Positions 8,062-18,194 of a stretch of DNA of 64,000 nucleotides are shown here, piece by piece. The position numbers and the translations under genes were made by a program. Below the pieces are notes generated by a model. That model saw only the letters and a list, made by a program, of their open reading frames with translations, was not told where the DNA came from and ran no database searches. Origin of the DNA: a virus; IMG/VR virus record IMGVR_UViG_3300028392_000049, positions 24,680-88,679 of that record; one strand, written 5' to 3'. The number at the start of each line of letters is the position of its first letter. Within the stretch, counting starts at the first letter, position 1.

Positions 8062-9358
8062 GGTTTACCCCTCTAACGTTAGATGTTACTGATGATGTGG
8101 TTGGAGCCCTGCGAACCAAAGTAACCGCCGAAGTTCCAGCAATAATCTGAGTAACAACAACAGATGGAATGATAGCCCGCTGTGATTGCTTACGCTGAGC
8201 AGGTGTCATATCTGCACCGATATTCATGATGGCTGTAGCGAATTGTCCTGGCCTAGAAAAAAGAGCGTTAATTAAGTCCGAAGGGCTATTAAATAATTGA
8301 AGTGCTTGGGCCACTGTGACTGTAAGCTCAACTCCATTAGACAAAACCATAACTGCATCTACGTTGTTTAAGTTAGGATCTGAGGCTTGGCATACATCTG
8401 TGGCATTATCAAGATCTTCAGTATGCCCATCCCAGAATAAGTTATATCGCTGAGTTGCCGTCCAGCTAACTTCAGAATTATCTATAGGGCTATTACCTGT
8501 ACAAGGAACTTGTCTGGTCTCCACTGTAGGTGCGGGTATAGGGAATGTTGGAATAGCAGCAATACATGCAGCAGCTACCGTGTCAATGTCAACCGTATGG
8601 TTATCCCAGTATAAGTAGTAATGCTGATCAGCCGTACCATCTACTTGAGCCTGAGTGTACGGATTAGTCCAAGTGCATTGAACAGTACGAGTCTGAATGG
8701 TTGGGGCTGGTTCTGGGGAACACGTCTGATCTACGGGAATTACTGAGTTGTCCCAGCAAGTGTGGGTCTCTACAGGGCGGCCACCATTGACAGCAAACGT
8801 GCTGCTAATGGGAACAATAGCTTGACCTGATTGGAAACGAATACCACGACGTAGTGTGTTTGGAAGCGGTCCTGAAGAAGTTACTTCTCCATCCCATCCG
8901 CCATTAGCATAGCGGGTTACATGAAGTTCAATGTAAGTTAAAGTACCCGAGTCACTTGGGTATGGTCGAACAGCCCACTGAACGCAGAGCGTATTGGCTG
9001 TGGTTCCGTAACGTAAGTAAGCACCAGTACCCCAAGTTACCCAGTCATTACCTGCAACAGAAATGCTAGGAGTCTGCGGGTAATCCCAGTAAGTACCATC
9101 AGAGATCCCAAATGACAATAGACCATTAATGCTGGCGTAAACATTGGTGTAGCTAGTATTGCCAAGATTAAGGTTAAATGGTAGATGCATCTGAAAAGAT
9201 GAATCGTCTCCTGCTGGGAATGTGGTGCTATCACATACAAAAGTAGAGGTGTTTGCTTGAGCAGGTGTTACTAATGGTGCAAACCCAATTAAAGCAAAAA
9301 CGCTTAGGGAAGCAAAAATTTTAAAAAGTTTCAATGCTAATTCTCTTCCTAGACTCAA
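8048..9358 (-). CDS. Secreted/surface protein (nidogen-like beta domain, two Cys repeats, C-terminal anchor)
   Basis: Signal peptide ending AQA; DDSSF..LPF...YTNVYASINGLLSFG; duplicated T.xTR.V.CT...Y.L.WD.HT.D unit. Confidence 0.65.
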   Translation of the reverse strand: MSLGRELALKLFKIFASLSVFALIGFAPLVTPAQANTSTFVCDSTTFPAGDDSSFQMHLPFNLNLGNTSYTNVYASINGLLSFGISDGTYWDYPQTPSISVAGNDWVTWGTGAYLRYGTTANTLCVQWAVRPYPSDSGTLTYIELHVTRYANGGWDGEVTSSGPLPNTLRRGIRFQSGQAIVPISSTFAVNGGRPVETHTCWDNSVIPVDQTCSPEPAPTIQTRTVQCTWTNPYTQAQVDGTADQHYYLYWDNHTVDIDTVAAACIAAIPTFPIPAPTVETRQVPCTGNSPIDNSEVSWTATQRYNLFWDGHTEDLDNATDVCQASDPNLNNVDAVMVLSNGVELTVTVAQALQLFNSPSDLINALFSRPGQFATAIMNIGADMTPAQRKQSQRAIIPSVVVTQIIAGTSAVTLVRRAPTTSSVTSNVRGVNHESS

Positions 9359-9406
9359 TATTAATTCTACAAGACTTAAGGCGGATAATCAGGGCTTAGG
9401 AATACG

Positions 9407-9439
9407 AAAAGCCCCCTACCTATGAGGCAAGGGGCTTTA
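9407..9439. terminator. Rho-independent terminator
   Basis: aaaagcccc...ggggcttt hairpin with T-runs on both strands. Confidence 0.7.
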
Positions 9440-9502
9440 AGTTCATCGGTCTAGGATGTAATTTTATTATACACCTTTTACCGAATCGGAGTGTTATTTC
9501 GT

Positions 9503-9967
9503 CTAGTACCAGTGATGGCTTTTCCAAAAGCCCCACGCTTGACAAGGGCTGCCATAGCGATTCTTAACGTATTTTAAACCCCAAGCAATTTGAGTATGGG
9601 GATTAGTTTTCCAGTCTTTACCCGCGCTTGCCATTTTACTCCCTGGCAATGCTTGTGGGATGCCGTGGGCACCCGAAGGATTATGCGCGTTTACGCGCCA
9701 TCCACTTTCTTTATTCCATAAGGTAACAAGACAAGAATATTCTTGTCCGCACCAGCCGTACTGTGTAGCCATGTAATACTGAGCGGCTGCTCTGTTGTAG
9801 TTTGGCGTGGCGTACGGTAACCGTAGTCCTGCCCGAGATGCCGTTGTAGCGGAATCTTGACAGGATGTTATATGGGTCTTTGCTTGACTCTGGGCAATGG
9901 GTAGCGATACGAGCAAGCTCGCAAGAAGCGCCACTGCGGGAGTCAGGCGTAGTAACTTGCCTAACAT
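9503..9967 (-). CDS. Secreted lytic transglycosylase (SLT-like)
   Basis: Signal peptide; CLVTLWNKESGW...AHGIPQALPG...QIAWGLKYVKNRYGSPC. Confidence 0.88.
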   Translation of the reverse strand: MLGKLLRLTPAVALLASLLVSLPIAQSQAKTHITSCQDSATTASRAGLRLPYATPNYNRAAAQYYMATQYGWCGQEYSCLVTLWNKESGWRVNAHNPSGAHGIPQALPGSKMASAGKDWKTNPHTQIAWGLKYVKNRYGSPCQAWGFWKSHHWY

Positions 9968-10001
9968 GAACTTCTAGCCTAGCAGACGTCTATCGGCGTG
10001 T

Positions 10002-11588
10002 CTAAACTGAAGTGTTAGCGACAAATGCCCTAAGAGAACCAAGAGTCAAGTCCACTCCACCCTTGTCATCAATGCCTTCGCCATCCATAACTGCATTGGC
10101 TACTGAGTTTTTTTGTTGCAAAGCGTCGTGTTGCCGTACTTCAATAGACCCATTAACTAAAAAATCTTGAATAACAATGGTTGCCCAAGTTGAAGACGCT
10201 CGTTTAATTCTTCCGTTTCTTTGAGTAGCCAACCCACTAGACCACGGTAAGTCATAGTTTATAAGTAAGTTAGCAGCAGGGAGATCAACACCATAACCCC
10301 CAGCATCGCTGCTAACCAAAACTCTGATGTCTGGGTTAGTGTTAAAAGAAATTTTGTTATCTTCTTTTGTTTTAGCATCTATACGTCCTGTGTATATAAG
10401 AGTTCGGTCAGCGCCGAGTCTTTCTTGGATAATGCTTACCATGTCAACGTAAGTAGCAAAAATAACTACCTTGTTGTCAGGCCTTTGATCAAGAAAATCT
10501 GTAACGTATTCAATAAGCATGTTAAGTTTAGGGGACGATGTGACGCCGTCCAGTATTCCTGAGTCTACCAAGTCATATGCATATTGTGAACCATCAGGGC
10601 CAAGATCGGCAAACTTTTCCGCACTGGTACGGATAAGATCGGGGTGGGAACACAACATTTTAAGCGCCCCTACTTTAGACATAATAGCTCCGCGCAGTTC
10701 GTCAGCCTGTCCGCCGCGTTGATTTTCAAACCCATAGTGAGCAAGCATATTAAATGAAGAGCCAAACAGAGCCTGTGCGTTATCCAAATCATAAAGCAAG
10801 TCGTTAACAATTTTGCTGTATACCTTGGCAGCTTTTCTATCAAAATGAACAAGAAAAGGATCTTTATGAATAGAGTCAGGAAGGTAAGGAGCTACGTCAG
10901 CGTCTTTCTGCGACTTGCGGACAGACGCCTCTTTCATCTTGGTGTGTAGTACAGGCAGATTTCGGTAGCGCTCTACACCACCCCAGGTGTTTCGTACAAT
11001 AAAAGTCTGGTCAAAGATATCAAAACGACCAAGAACGCTTTGGTCTACAAACTGCATAATGGAGTACAACTCTTCAGGCTTACCGTTTTCAATCGGCGTA
11101 CCTGTAAGAGCAAACTTGATAGGAGCATTGGCTAATTTTTTAACTTGCTTTGAACGTTTAGACTTAAACGACTTGATGGCTGTAGCTTCGTCTAACACCA
11201 CAAAAGATCTTGGTAACTTTTTGACTATGTCCCAGTCGTTAACTACCTGTTCGTAGTTCATGATGATGTAGTCAACGCCAGACATCTCCCAGTCCATAGC
11301 CTCAGCGTATTGAGCATGTCGTTGCTTAGGAGTTCCATCAATAACGATAGCTTTAGAGGTTCCCCCCGTAAATTTTTCTATGGAGTTAGACCATTGATAT
11401 TTTAAACTTGATAGGCAAACAACTAAACCTGGCCCAGCAATCTTGTCTTCTTGCTGTAGTCGCTCTATTGCAGCAATGGTGAGGACCGTCTTACCTAAAC
11501 CTAAGTCATATGCAACGAGCATCTTCTGCTGTTCGCACATTCGATCTACGGCCTCTACTTGGTAGGGCAGAAGTGTACCTGTAAACAT
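10002..11588 (-). CDS. SNF2-family DEAD/H helicase
   Basis: DLGLGKT, LDEAT, LTGTPIEN, GGYGVDL, QRNGRIKR. Confidence 0.92.
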   Translation of the reverse strand: MFTGTLLPYQVEAVDRMCEQQKMLVAYDLGLGKTVLTIAAIERLQQEDKIAGPGLVVCLSSLKYQWSNSIEKFTGGTSKAIVIDGTPKQRHAQYAEAMDWEMSGVDYIIMNYEQVVNDWDIVKKLPRSFVVLDEATAIKSFKSKRSKQVKKLANAPIKFALTGTPIENGKPEELYSIMQFVDQSVLGRFDIFDQTFIVRNTWGGVERYRNLPVLHTKMKEASVRKSQKDADVAPYLPDSIHKDPFLVHFDRKAAKVYSKIVNDLLYDLDNAQALFGSSFNMLAHYGFENQRGGQADELRGAIMSKVGALKMLCSHPDLIRTSAEKFADLGPDGSQYAYDLVDSGILDGVTSSPKLNMLIEYVTDFLDQRPDNKVVIFATYVDMVSIIQERLGADRTLIYTGRIDAKTKEDNKISFNTNPDIRVLVSSDAGGYGVDLPAANLLINYDLPWSSGLATQRNGRIKRASSTWATIVIQDFLVNGSIEVRQHDALQQKNSVANAVMDGEGIDDKGGVDLTLGSLRAFVANTSV

Positions 11589-11647
11589 AAGTTTACTCTA
11601 GCACACAAAAAGCCCAGGCATAAAGCCTGGGCTGATTGCAGTAAAGG

Positions 11648-12073
11648 TTAAACCTTGAATAGAAAATCTGGGTTAAGATGACCATCCCAAGCCCAGTTAG
11701 CGGTCTTTTGAACTTCAAAGTGAAGGTGCTCACCAAAGACGTTGCCATCTTCTGGGTGCCCAGCGCGGCCGCCAGATTCACCAATGTGCTGACCCTTCTT
11801 AACGTGGTCACCGACTTTAACAAGAGCCTGCATTAAGTGTGCGTATACAGCCCAATACTTCTTACCAGCAACGTCATGCTCAACGATAAGCGAGTGTGTC
11901 CCAAAAGCAGCACCCCAAGTGCCAACTCCTACAACCTTACCGTCAGCAACTGCAAGTACATCTGTACCAGCTTTGCATGGAAAGTCACAGCCTTTATGGA
12001 CTCCGTGGGACCAAGCGTCCCCCTTTTCGCCATAGGGCGTTCCGATTTTTCCGCCTGCGATTGGTAATGCCAT
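11648..12073 (-). CDS. M23 family peptidase (endolysin-like)
   Basis: HKGCD, YAHL, HLHFEV motifs. Confidence 0.9.
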   Translation of the reverse strand: MALPIAGGKIGTPYGEKGDAWSHGVHKGCDFPCKAGTDVLAVADGKVVGVGTWGAAFGTHSLIVEHDVAGKKYWAVYAHLMQALVKVGDHVKKGQHIGESGGRAGHPEDGNVFGEHLHFEVQKTANWAWDGHLNPDFLFKV

Positions 12074-12155
12074 TGTGTCTCCTAGTGGTTATCAAAATAA
12101 AAAAGAATTGCTATGCCAGACATACAAGAAGCAAAAAACATAATATTAAAAAGAG

Positions 12156-13091
12156 TCATGCTGATGCCCCTAAGCCATAGCGAATTGAATGTACAGCTGA
12201 TTCTACACCATAAATGACTTCGGCTTTGCTCATTCCACCTATGTCTTTAGCATCAGTATGGCTGTAGTTAAAGAACCGTGCTTCCATTCCCAATTTGTTA
12301 ATAGTATCAAGGGATTTTGCTGAGCCTGTTAATCCTGCCTGGTCATTATCTAAAGCAAATATAATACTATCGGCTTTGGCAATGTAAGCCATCTGTTCAT
12401 CTGAGGTAAGGGCTCCGTAAATAGCCACTCCCCCTGAAAACCCAAGAGACTCTAGCCGAACCACATCTAGAGGAGACTCCACAACAATTATGTGACCTGA
12501 CACATATTTGTCATAGCCAAACATAGCTACGCTTTTCTTTATACCTGTTGGGTAGTTCTTAAATGACCTTGTTGCGTAGCCCTTCTCCTGCCAACCCATC
12601 AACTTACCTGTGCGTAACTCTCGCTGCGGGATAATCCAGTTGTTGTTTAAAGTATCCCAAAGCAACTCATGAAAGTCAGCCGCATAAGAAGTAAGGCCAC
12701 GAGACTTCAAAGCGTCTAAAGGTGGGCGAACAAAAGCCGATAACGATGCTTCGGAAATGTACTGTAAGTCTTCAAAGATCTCTGTTGGCTTTCTAATAGC
12801 GCGTTCAAACATTTCACTGAGTTCACCGCCATCGTTAAGCCATGACCTAGCCTCATCCCAGTCCTCGTATCCTTTCATGCGAGCAACTAGTGAAACAATG
12901 TTTCCCCGAAAATCGCAAGAAAAACAAATGTGTGCTCCAGTGTCATAGTTAATATACCAAGATGGGTTACGGTCTTGCTTACCTGTACGCTCTTCATGCA
13001 TGGGGCAAAAGCCCTGCACCTCAAAGCCATTAACGTTAACGTGTTCGATCCCAAGAGAATCAAGCACTCGTAGCATGTCGTCTTCGGTCAC
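12156..13091 (-). CDS. dnaG: DNA primase (Zn finger + TOPRIM)
   Basis: CPMH...CFSC, VVESPLD, ALDNDQAG. Confidence 0.9.
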   Translation of the reverse strand: MTEDDMLRVLDSLGIEHVNVNGFEVQGFCPMHEERTGKQDRNPSWYINYDTGAHICFSCDFRGNIVSLVARMKGYEDWDEARSWLNDGGELSEMFERAIRKPTEIFEDLQYISEASLSAFVRPPLDALKSRGLTSYAADFHELLWDTLNNNWIIPQRELRTGKLMGWQEKGYATRSFKNYPTGIKKSVAMFGYDKYVSGHIIVVESPLDVVRLESLGFSGGVAIYGALTSDEQMAYIAKADSIIFALDNDQAGLTGSAKSLDTINKLGMEARFFNYSHTDAKDIGGMSKAEVIYGVESAVHSIRYGLGASA

Positions 13092-14317
13092 AGGTCATCC
13101 TTGTCTAACTCGCGAAAGTTTCCAGTTGCCCAATCCCATAACAAAGAAGTTTCCATTGGGCTAGTGTTACGACTTGCAAGAATCTTTAACAAACGAGTAT
13201 CATCTACATTCTCGTCTTCCTTTTGCAAAGCGTATGCTACGTCAGCGTCTTGTCCAAAAGATGATGAATAACCAATAGAGTCTAAGGTAACGTTACCATT
13301 CTTCATCTTCCAATTAAGAACCTGAGTAGAGATAACAATAGGAATCTGAAATTGCTGGGCAACATGCTTCAAGTTACGAGTAATGTTTGTCAAAGCAAGC
13401 GACGTATTGCGCTCCCCTGATTGCTCATCCGTCATAAGGTACACGCCATCAATAAACATAACGTCTGGCTGTAGTGATTGAATCTTGTTGGATATGCCTG
13501 AAATGGTATTAGCAGCAACGCTATCTGTAAGCCAAAACTTGTGACGCATCTGTTTCATACTACGAAGCTTTGCTTGGTAACGAGACTCTTCTTCGGCAGT
13601 CAAAGTTCCTGTGGTCAATCGATGATGAGACAAACGAGCACGCATAGCATCGTAACGATTAAGTTGTTCGTTGTTGTTCATCTCAAATGACTGGAACACG
13701 GGAACAGCACCATGCAAGTGAACGTTGTGCGCCCACTGCAAAAGCAAAGTTGACTTACCAGTTTTAGGTGGAGCAACTACAACGATCAACTGACCTGGTT
13801 GCATACCACTAGTGGCTTGGTCAATAGACGGAAAGCCTGTAGGAAGCCCACGAAGACCTCCTGGCAAAGCCTTGCGCTCAAGGTAATCGTCCCAACGCTT
13901 CTCGGCGTCAAGGGTAATATCTAAATCACTAGCTGCGGTAAGCCCGTCTTCATCCATACGAGCAATACCACGTTGAATTTTTCCAACGGCGCCCTCATGG
14001 TCTTGGCGAAGTTCTATATCAGTAATGGCTTCACGAAAAGCATTGTTAATTACGGCAACTCGGCGAGCCTCAACTACTTTGTCTAATAAATAATCAATGC
14101 TATCTGGGATAGTTTCAAACTTGTAAGTGGGAAAGTTATCAAGAATGACAGACTCGCTGGGGCACTCGTGGTACTGGGTGTAGTGGTTCTTAACAAAGTT
14201 CCACACACGCTTGTCATCATCGTTACCAAACCAAGTGTCTTTAACGCCACGCATAAACAGTGGAGATAAATCCCTATCAGCTAACGCTCGGCTTAGTAGT
14301 CGGTTTTCATAATTCAT
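13088..14317 (-). CDS. dnaB: DnaB-like replicative helicase
   Basis: GLPTGF, APPKTGKS, SFEM, FIDGVYLM, SSSFGQDAD. Confidence 0.92.
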   Translation of the reverse strand: MNYENRLLSRALADRDLSPLFMRGVKDTWFGNDDDKRVWNFVKNHYTQYHECPSESVILDNFPTYKFETIPDSIDYLLDKVVEARRVAVINNAFREAITDIELRQDHEGAVGKIQRGIARMDEDGLTAASDLDITLDAEKRWDDYLERKALPGGLRGLPTGFPSIDQATSGMQPGQLIVVVAPPKTGKSTLLLQWAHNVHLHGAVPVFQSFEMNNNEQLNRYDAMRARLSHHRLTTGTLTAEEESRYQAKLRSMKQMRHKFWLTDSVAANTISGISNKIQSLQPDVMFIDGVYLMTDEQSGERNTSLALTNITRNLKHVAQQFQIPIVISTQVLNWKMKNGNVTLDSIGYSSSFGQDADVAYALQKEDENVDDTRLLKILASRNTSPMETSLLWDWATGNFRELDKDDL

Positions 14318-14330
14318 TTAGTGCTCCCTT

Positions 14331-14726
14331 TTAAAAATCTATACCCAAACTACCGTACATCAATTGATGGGCTGGGTCAATTACTCCGATTACTTCTGGT
14401 CGATAAGGTAATTCAGCGACTAACTTCTTTGGAGAAGCATAGTGGTTATAGTACCTGAACGGATTGGTGCCCGCTCGGTCAATGTCGTTAAACAAAAGCT
14501 CTAGTTCTTTGTCATTAAATTCAAAAGAAATAAGTTCAAGGGTAACTCCTGCATGAGTAGTGTACACATAAAACTTATTTAAAAGAAACTTGTCATACCC
14601 AACATGCACGCTCTTTACAGGAAGTATTTTATATTTCTTTTCAATTACTGGTGTTTTAATAAATAAAATGTCTGCGTTTACAAGAACACGTTTAGGCATG
14701 TCATTGCTAATATCCCCTTTGTACAT
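14331..14726 (-). CDS. Hypothetical protein
   Basis: 131-aa ORF inside the replication operon. Confidence 0.7.
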   Translation of the reverse strand: MYKGDISNDMPKRVLVNADILFIKTPVIEKKYKILPVKSVHVGYDKFLLNKFYVYTTHAGVTLELISFEFNDKELELLFNDIDRAGTNPFRYYNHYASPKKLVAELPYRPEVIGVIDPAHQLMYGSLGIDF

Positions 14727-14729
14727 AAT

Positions 14730-15026
14730 TTAACAGACCTCAATTTCCCCAAAATTAATTATGAATTCTCGAAAAGATTCAGCGGACTCTTTGGCCCGCT
14801 CAGCGTCTTCCTCTGTACAACGAGTTGAGATCTTTAAAGGATATACCCCATCATTTCCTTTAACTCTTGCAATTACAAACCGAGTGTGTATGCAAGTACC
14901 ACGACCTAGGTACCCAGGGCAGTTGCAAGAAAAAGTTTTATCTTTAGACAAGCTTACTTCAAACACGCCAAGACCTGGCGATGAGTTCTGACTTAGAAAA
15001 ATCTGGACAAGCCTAGAGTCTTCCAT
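14730..15026 (-). CDS. SWIM zinc-finger protein
   Basis: FSCNCPGY...CIH; GGAGG RBS. Confidence 0.75.
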   Translation of the reverse strand: MEDSRLVQIFLSQNSSPGLGVFEVSLSKDKTFSCNCPGYLGRGTCIHTRFVIARVKGNDGVYPLKISTRCTEEDAERAKESAESFREFIINFGEIEVC

Positions 15027-15037
15027 TATTTCCTCCA

Positions 15038-15730
15038 TCATTTGCGTAGGTCTCCTCTAATAGATTCTAGTTCAATTGTGACAAAAGCTTCATGTATAAA
15101 CGAACCAGTTGCTACCCCATACTCCGATTCCCAAGACTTAACGGGCAAATTTGTAGTCACTATAGTGGGAAGTCCGTTATTAAATCTGGTACGTAAAAGG
15201 TGATGGAGCACTGTGCTATTCCAACCACTAGCGGAAGTATGCTCCTTACCAACATCGTCGATAACAAGCACGCGTACGTTATACGCATCATGGTCGCATG
15301 CTCCGTGCATACCTAAAAATAACCGCTCTTGCTCATCACTTGCTGAGTGTCCAATGATAGAACCATTCAAGTCAATTACTGAACTAAACGTGGTGAAATA
15401 GCAGGGCTTAATTAAAGAGTTTGCGTCCTCAACTGAAAAAGCTTCGGGAGCAAATGTACGAAGCATCTCTTGAATAATAGTTAAAGCAAAAGCAGTCTTA
15501 CCTTGACCAGGCTTGCCTACAAGAAGTAGACCCTTACCACACGCAAGCGCACCCTCAGCACGAATGATATCTCCGCTCTCTACCTTAGACATCCAGCGCT
15601 TAACCTTGTCAAGGTCGCTAGGGGTAACATCCACGCAGTCTGCAAACTCCCAACCAAGTCTGGCTTTAGGAATACCTGCTGCTTGAACCCAAGTCTTACG
15701 GCGAACTGGTAAATCATTTATCTTTATCAT
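15038..15730 (-). CDS. DnaC/IstB-like AAA+ helicase loader
   Basis: GKPGQGKT, VLVIDDVGKE, LRTRFNNGLPTIVTTN. Confidence 0.88.
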   Translation of the reverse strand: MIKINDLPVRRKTWVQAAGIPKARLGWEFADCVDVTPSDLDKVKRWMSKVESGDIIRAEGALACGKGLLLVGKPGQGKTAFALTIIQEMLRTFAPEAFSVEDANSLIKPCYFTTFSSVIDLNGSIIGHSASDEQERLFLGMHGACDHDAYNVRVLVIDDVGKEHTSASGWNSTVLHHLLRTRFNNGLPTIVTTNLPVKSWESEYGVATGSFIHEAFVTIELESIRGDLRK

Positions 15731-15848
15731 TGCTCTCCTTAGACAAATTTTCAATCCAAGCCTGCATCTTTTCCAAAGTCTGTTTGGTGATACCTGCTTC
15801 ACGCATCATACGCTCTTTCTCAGCTTCGTCAAGCCACGAATCCTTCAT
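15714..15848 (-). CDS. Small hypothetical protein
   Basis: MKDSWLDEAEKERMMREAG... fills the gap between the initiator-like gene and the loader. Confidence 0.45.
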   Translation of the reverse strand: MKDSWLDEAEKERMMREAGITKQTLEKMQAWIENLSKESNDKDK

Positions 15849-15849
15849 C

Positions 15850-16797
15850 TTACTCATACAACCACTCCTGTGACTTCTGCGCTTGAGTATCAGCAGCCTC
15901 TGCTTCAATCTCTGATCTAACCATACCTCTAGCCTTGTTGGCAAGTTCATCTGCCCTAAATAAAAATAATCGCCATACAGGGTCGGCGCTTGTGTACTTT
16001 TCAAAGTCCACTGAGTCAAAGAACAAGTCAAGCATGGCGCACTCAATCTCACCATTGGTGTCAAGCCTATTGCGCATTCCACCAATAGCTTGAATAAAGT
16101 TTGTTGATTTAATAGCCCAGGGTGGAATGTTCCAGTAAAACTCTAGCCGATAAGAAAACTCATACGCAATATCTGAACATGTCCATAGCGAGGTTGCAAC
16201 TTTTGAACGGTCAGTAATCCGCCTAGTCGTAATCTCTTTCTTCTGTTGTTTAAAGCGTTCTTTGGCTTTCTTTAAATCTTCGGCACGATCGGCTACATAC
16301 TCTGAAGTTGGGTTGCTATCAAAAAAGTCGTACGGCACGTCTGTCCCTTCGCTGACTTGCTCCACTTGAAATGGAAGTGTTTGGTATTCTTCTTTATCGT
16401 CTTTAGACCATATCTTACTCTCTAGCTTATTTAAGTTCTTATAGCTATCTAGCTGACTCTGCCTAAAAAGGCTGTCGGATTTTCCGACACCTACGAATTC
16501 ACTCCACGGTGTTTGATTATCAGACCATGTGGCGCTCTCCGATGCTTGAATTTTAGACACCACAGGGGTCATAATGTACTCTCTGCCAAGGTCTGTAATA
16601 CGACATTCAGTCTGCAGACGATTGCCGATTGAGTAAGTCTTGCGAAATAAAAACCCTGCCTGAACTAACTCATCTGTCACGCTGTCCCAGACGTGCCTAC
16701 CCCCAGACTTAAAGTGATCTTTAAGCCCTTTGGAAGTAGGGTTCACGTCTGATAGCACACAGGCGTACAGAGCCCCTAGGGCTCGTGCTGATATCAT
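15850..16797 (-). CDS. Putative replication initiator (N-terminal winged HTH)
   Basis: ISARALGALY...ELVQAGFLFR wHTH-like region; upstream of DnaC-like and DnaB genes. Confidence 0.55.
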   Translation of the reverse strand: MISARALGALYACVLSDVNPTSKGLKDHFKSGGRHVWDSVTDELVQAGFLFRKTYSIGNRLQTECRITDLGREYIMTPVVSKIQASESATWSDNQTPWSEFVGVGKSDSLFRQSQLDSYKNLNKLESKIWSKDDKEEYQTLPFQVEQVSEGTDVPYDFFDSNPTSEYVADRAEDLKKAKERFKQQKKEITTRRITDRSKVATSLWTCSDIAYEFSYRLEFYWNIPPWAIKSTNFIQAIGGMRNRLDTNGEIECAMLDLFFDSVDFEKYTSADPVWRLFLFRADELANKARGMVRSEIEAEAADTQAQKSQEWLYE

Positions 16798-17435
16798 TTG
16801 CCAAGTGCCTTGACAATCTCAGCGGCTAGGGTCTCGGCAAAAATGCCCGCTATGACCCGTACAGCCTCGTAGAGGGGGTCTTCGTACCCCTCTTCATCCT
16901 CATCCTCATCAAAGCCTGTTTCGGCCTCTACGTCCGTTTCTGGCCTTTTTCTAATAGAGAGCTCCTCAAGTGCTGTCAAGGTCTCCATCTCAATAAAGTC
17001 TGGGCGTTCAATCTTCGTGATTTCTCCAGCAGGTTTAATCTCTACAAGACCATTGGTCAGGTCAAGGGCAAGGTAACCATACTTAGGTAAAACTTCTAAT
17101 GCCTCTAGGCAGGCTTGATCTTCGTCATTCCAGATAACAAAAGCCACAAGGTCTTGCACCTCTTCACAGGCGTGTTCAATCGGATACTTGTGCTCTTCAC
17201 GGGGTATTGTTACTGGTATGCCAGTCATCTTTGCGCCTGGAACCATGTACGCCTGAACGGTTTTACCATTGTCTTGGGCGTATGTTGCTGCCCAAACCTG
17301 ACCATCTGATGGGGCATCTTGAACTGTAATGAATACTTTTAACTCGGGGTTGGCATAGAAGTAATCATCCATCAAAGCTTCAACATTAGCCCTTGTGGTT
17401 TGACCACTTCCTACAACCAAAATTGCCTCGGTCAT
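16794..17435 (-). CDS. Hypothetical protein (Rossmann-like N-terminus, acidic tail)
   Basis: ILVVGSG start after AGGAG RBS. Confidence 0.65.
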   Translation of the reverse strand: MTEAILVVGSGQTTRANVEALMDDYFYANPELKVFITVQDAPSDGQVWAATYAQDNGKTVQAYMVPGAKMTGIPVTIPREEHKYPIEHACEEVQDLVAFVIWNDEDQACLEALEVLPKYGYLALDLTNGLVEIKPAGEITKIERPDFIEMETLTALEELSIRKRPETDVEAETGFDEDEDEEGYEDPLYEAVRVIAGIFAETLAAEIVKALGK

Positions 17436-17475
17436 ATTATCTCCTAATCGGTAGGAGACTAAGCATACACATCTT

Positions 17476-17703
17476 TTAGATGTCGTCAAGTTTTTGCACG
17501 TAGGCGGATACTACTAGGGATAAGAACGCTGCGGCTACTGCTATAACTATGTTGTGCCTAATAGGAAACGGCTCGTATAGTTCAACCGCAAAAGCTGTTA
17601 AAGATAAGGAAACAATGGATTTATAAATACCTAAGAACAAGTATTCAGAAAGTATTACTATAAAAAATGCTGCAAATAATGAGACCGATATAAGCTCCAA
17701 CAT
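17476..17703 (-). CDS. Small membrane protein
   Basis: Three hydrophobic segments. Confidence 0.6.
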   Translation of the reverse strand: MLELISVSLFAAFFIVILSEYLFLGIYKSIVSLSLTAFAVELYEPFPIRHNIVIAVAAAFLSLVVSAYVQKLDDI

Positions 17704-17711
17704 TTTAATCC

Positions 17712-18194
17712 TTAAGGTCTGCCATAAATAATGTGGTATGCCCCTAGATTACCATTTTTTTGAGAAGTAGTGCAGAAAGGGTTAACAAAATCCCCAGTGC
17801 CAATGCTTAGTGGGCTTCCTGGATAAGCTGTGTAATAAAAACCAGTAGCTCCAGGAGCTGTAGATGGATTAGTATCAAAGTAGCCATCATTTATACTTGC
17901 TGGGCATTTAATGACAAATGAATTTTCCCCAACTACTTTTACAATTGGTATATCAGTTAAAGCTAAAAGAGTTTGAGTATAAGGGGTCGGAACCATTGTT
18001 GCGTACAATCCATTAATTGTTACATTATTTCCCGCAGTAAAGTTATGAGGATCTTCAGTAGTAATTAAGGCGTATTTAGATAGTGTTCCTGGGTAATAAC
18101 CATAAGTATTAAAGTCATTATCTTTAGTAGTAAAGTCTAAAGCAAACCCTACTACTCGGGCAGACAAGGAATCAAAGCTAGCTTTTCTAGGCAT
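17712..18194 (-). CDS. Tail-associated hypothetical protein
   Basis: Carries the PHNFTAGNNVTINGL module also found in the upstream tail protein. Confidence 0.6.
   Translation of the reverse strand: MPRKASFDSLSARVVGFALDFTTKDNDFNTYGYYPGTLSKYALITTEDPHNFTAGNNVTINGLYATMVPTPYTQTLLALTDIPIVKVVGENSFVIKCPASINDGYFDTNPSTAPGATGFYYTAYPGSPLSIGTGDFVNPFCTTSQKNGNLGAYHIIYGRP

Noticed and set aside
3197-14317. Inteins or introns in polA, SNF2 helicase or dnaB
   Set aside because: ORF lengths are normal, with no intein splice motifs or interruptions
16400-16470. Iteron-like TAGCT repeats within the initiator-like gene
   Set aside because: Only short, irregular 5-6-bp matches; too weak to call an origin
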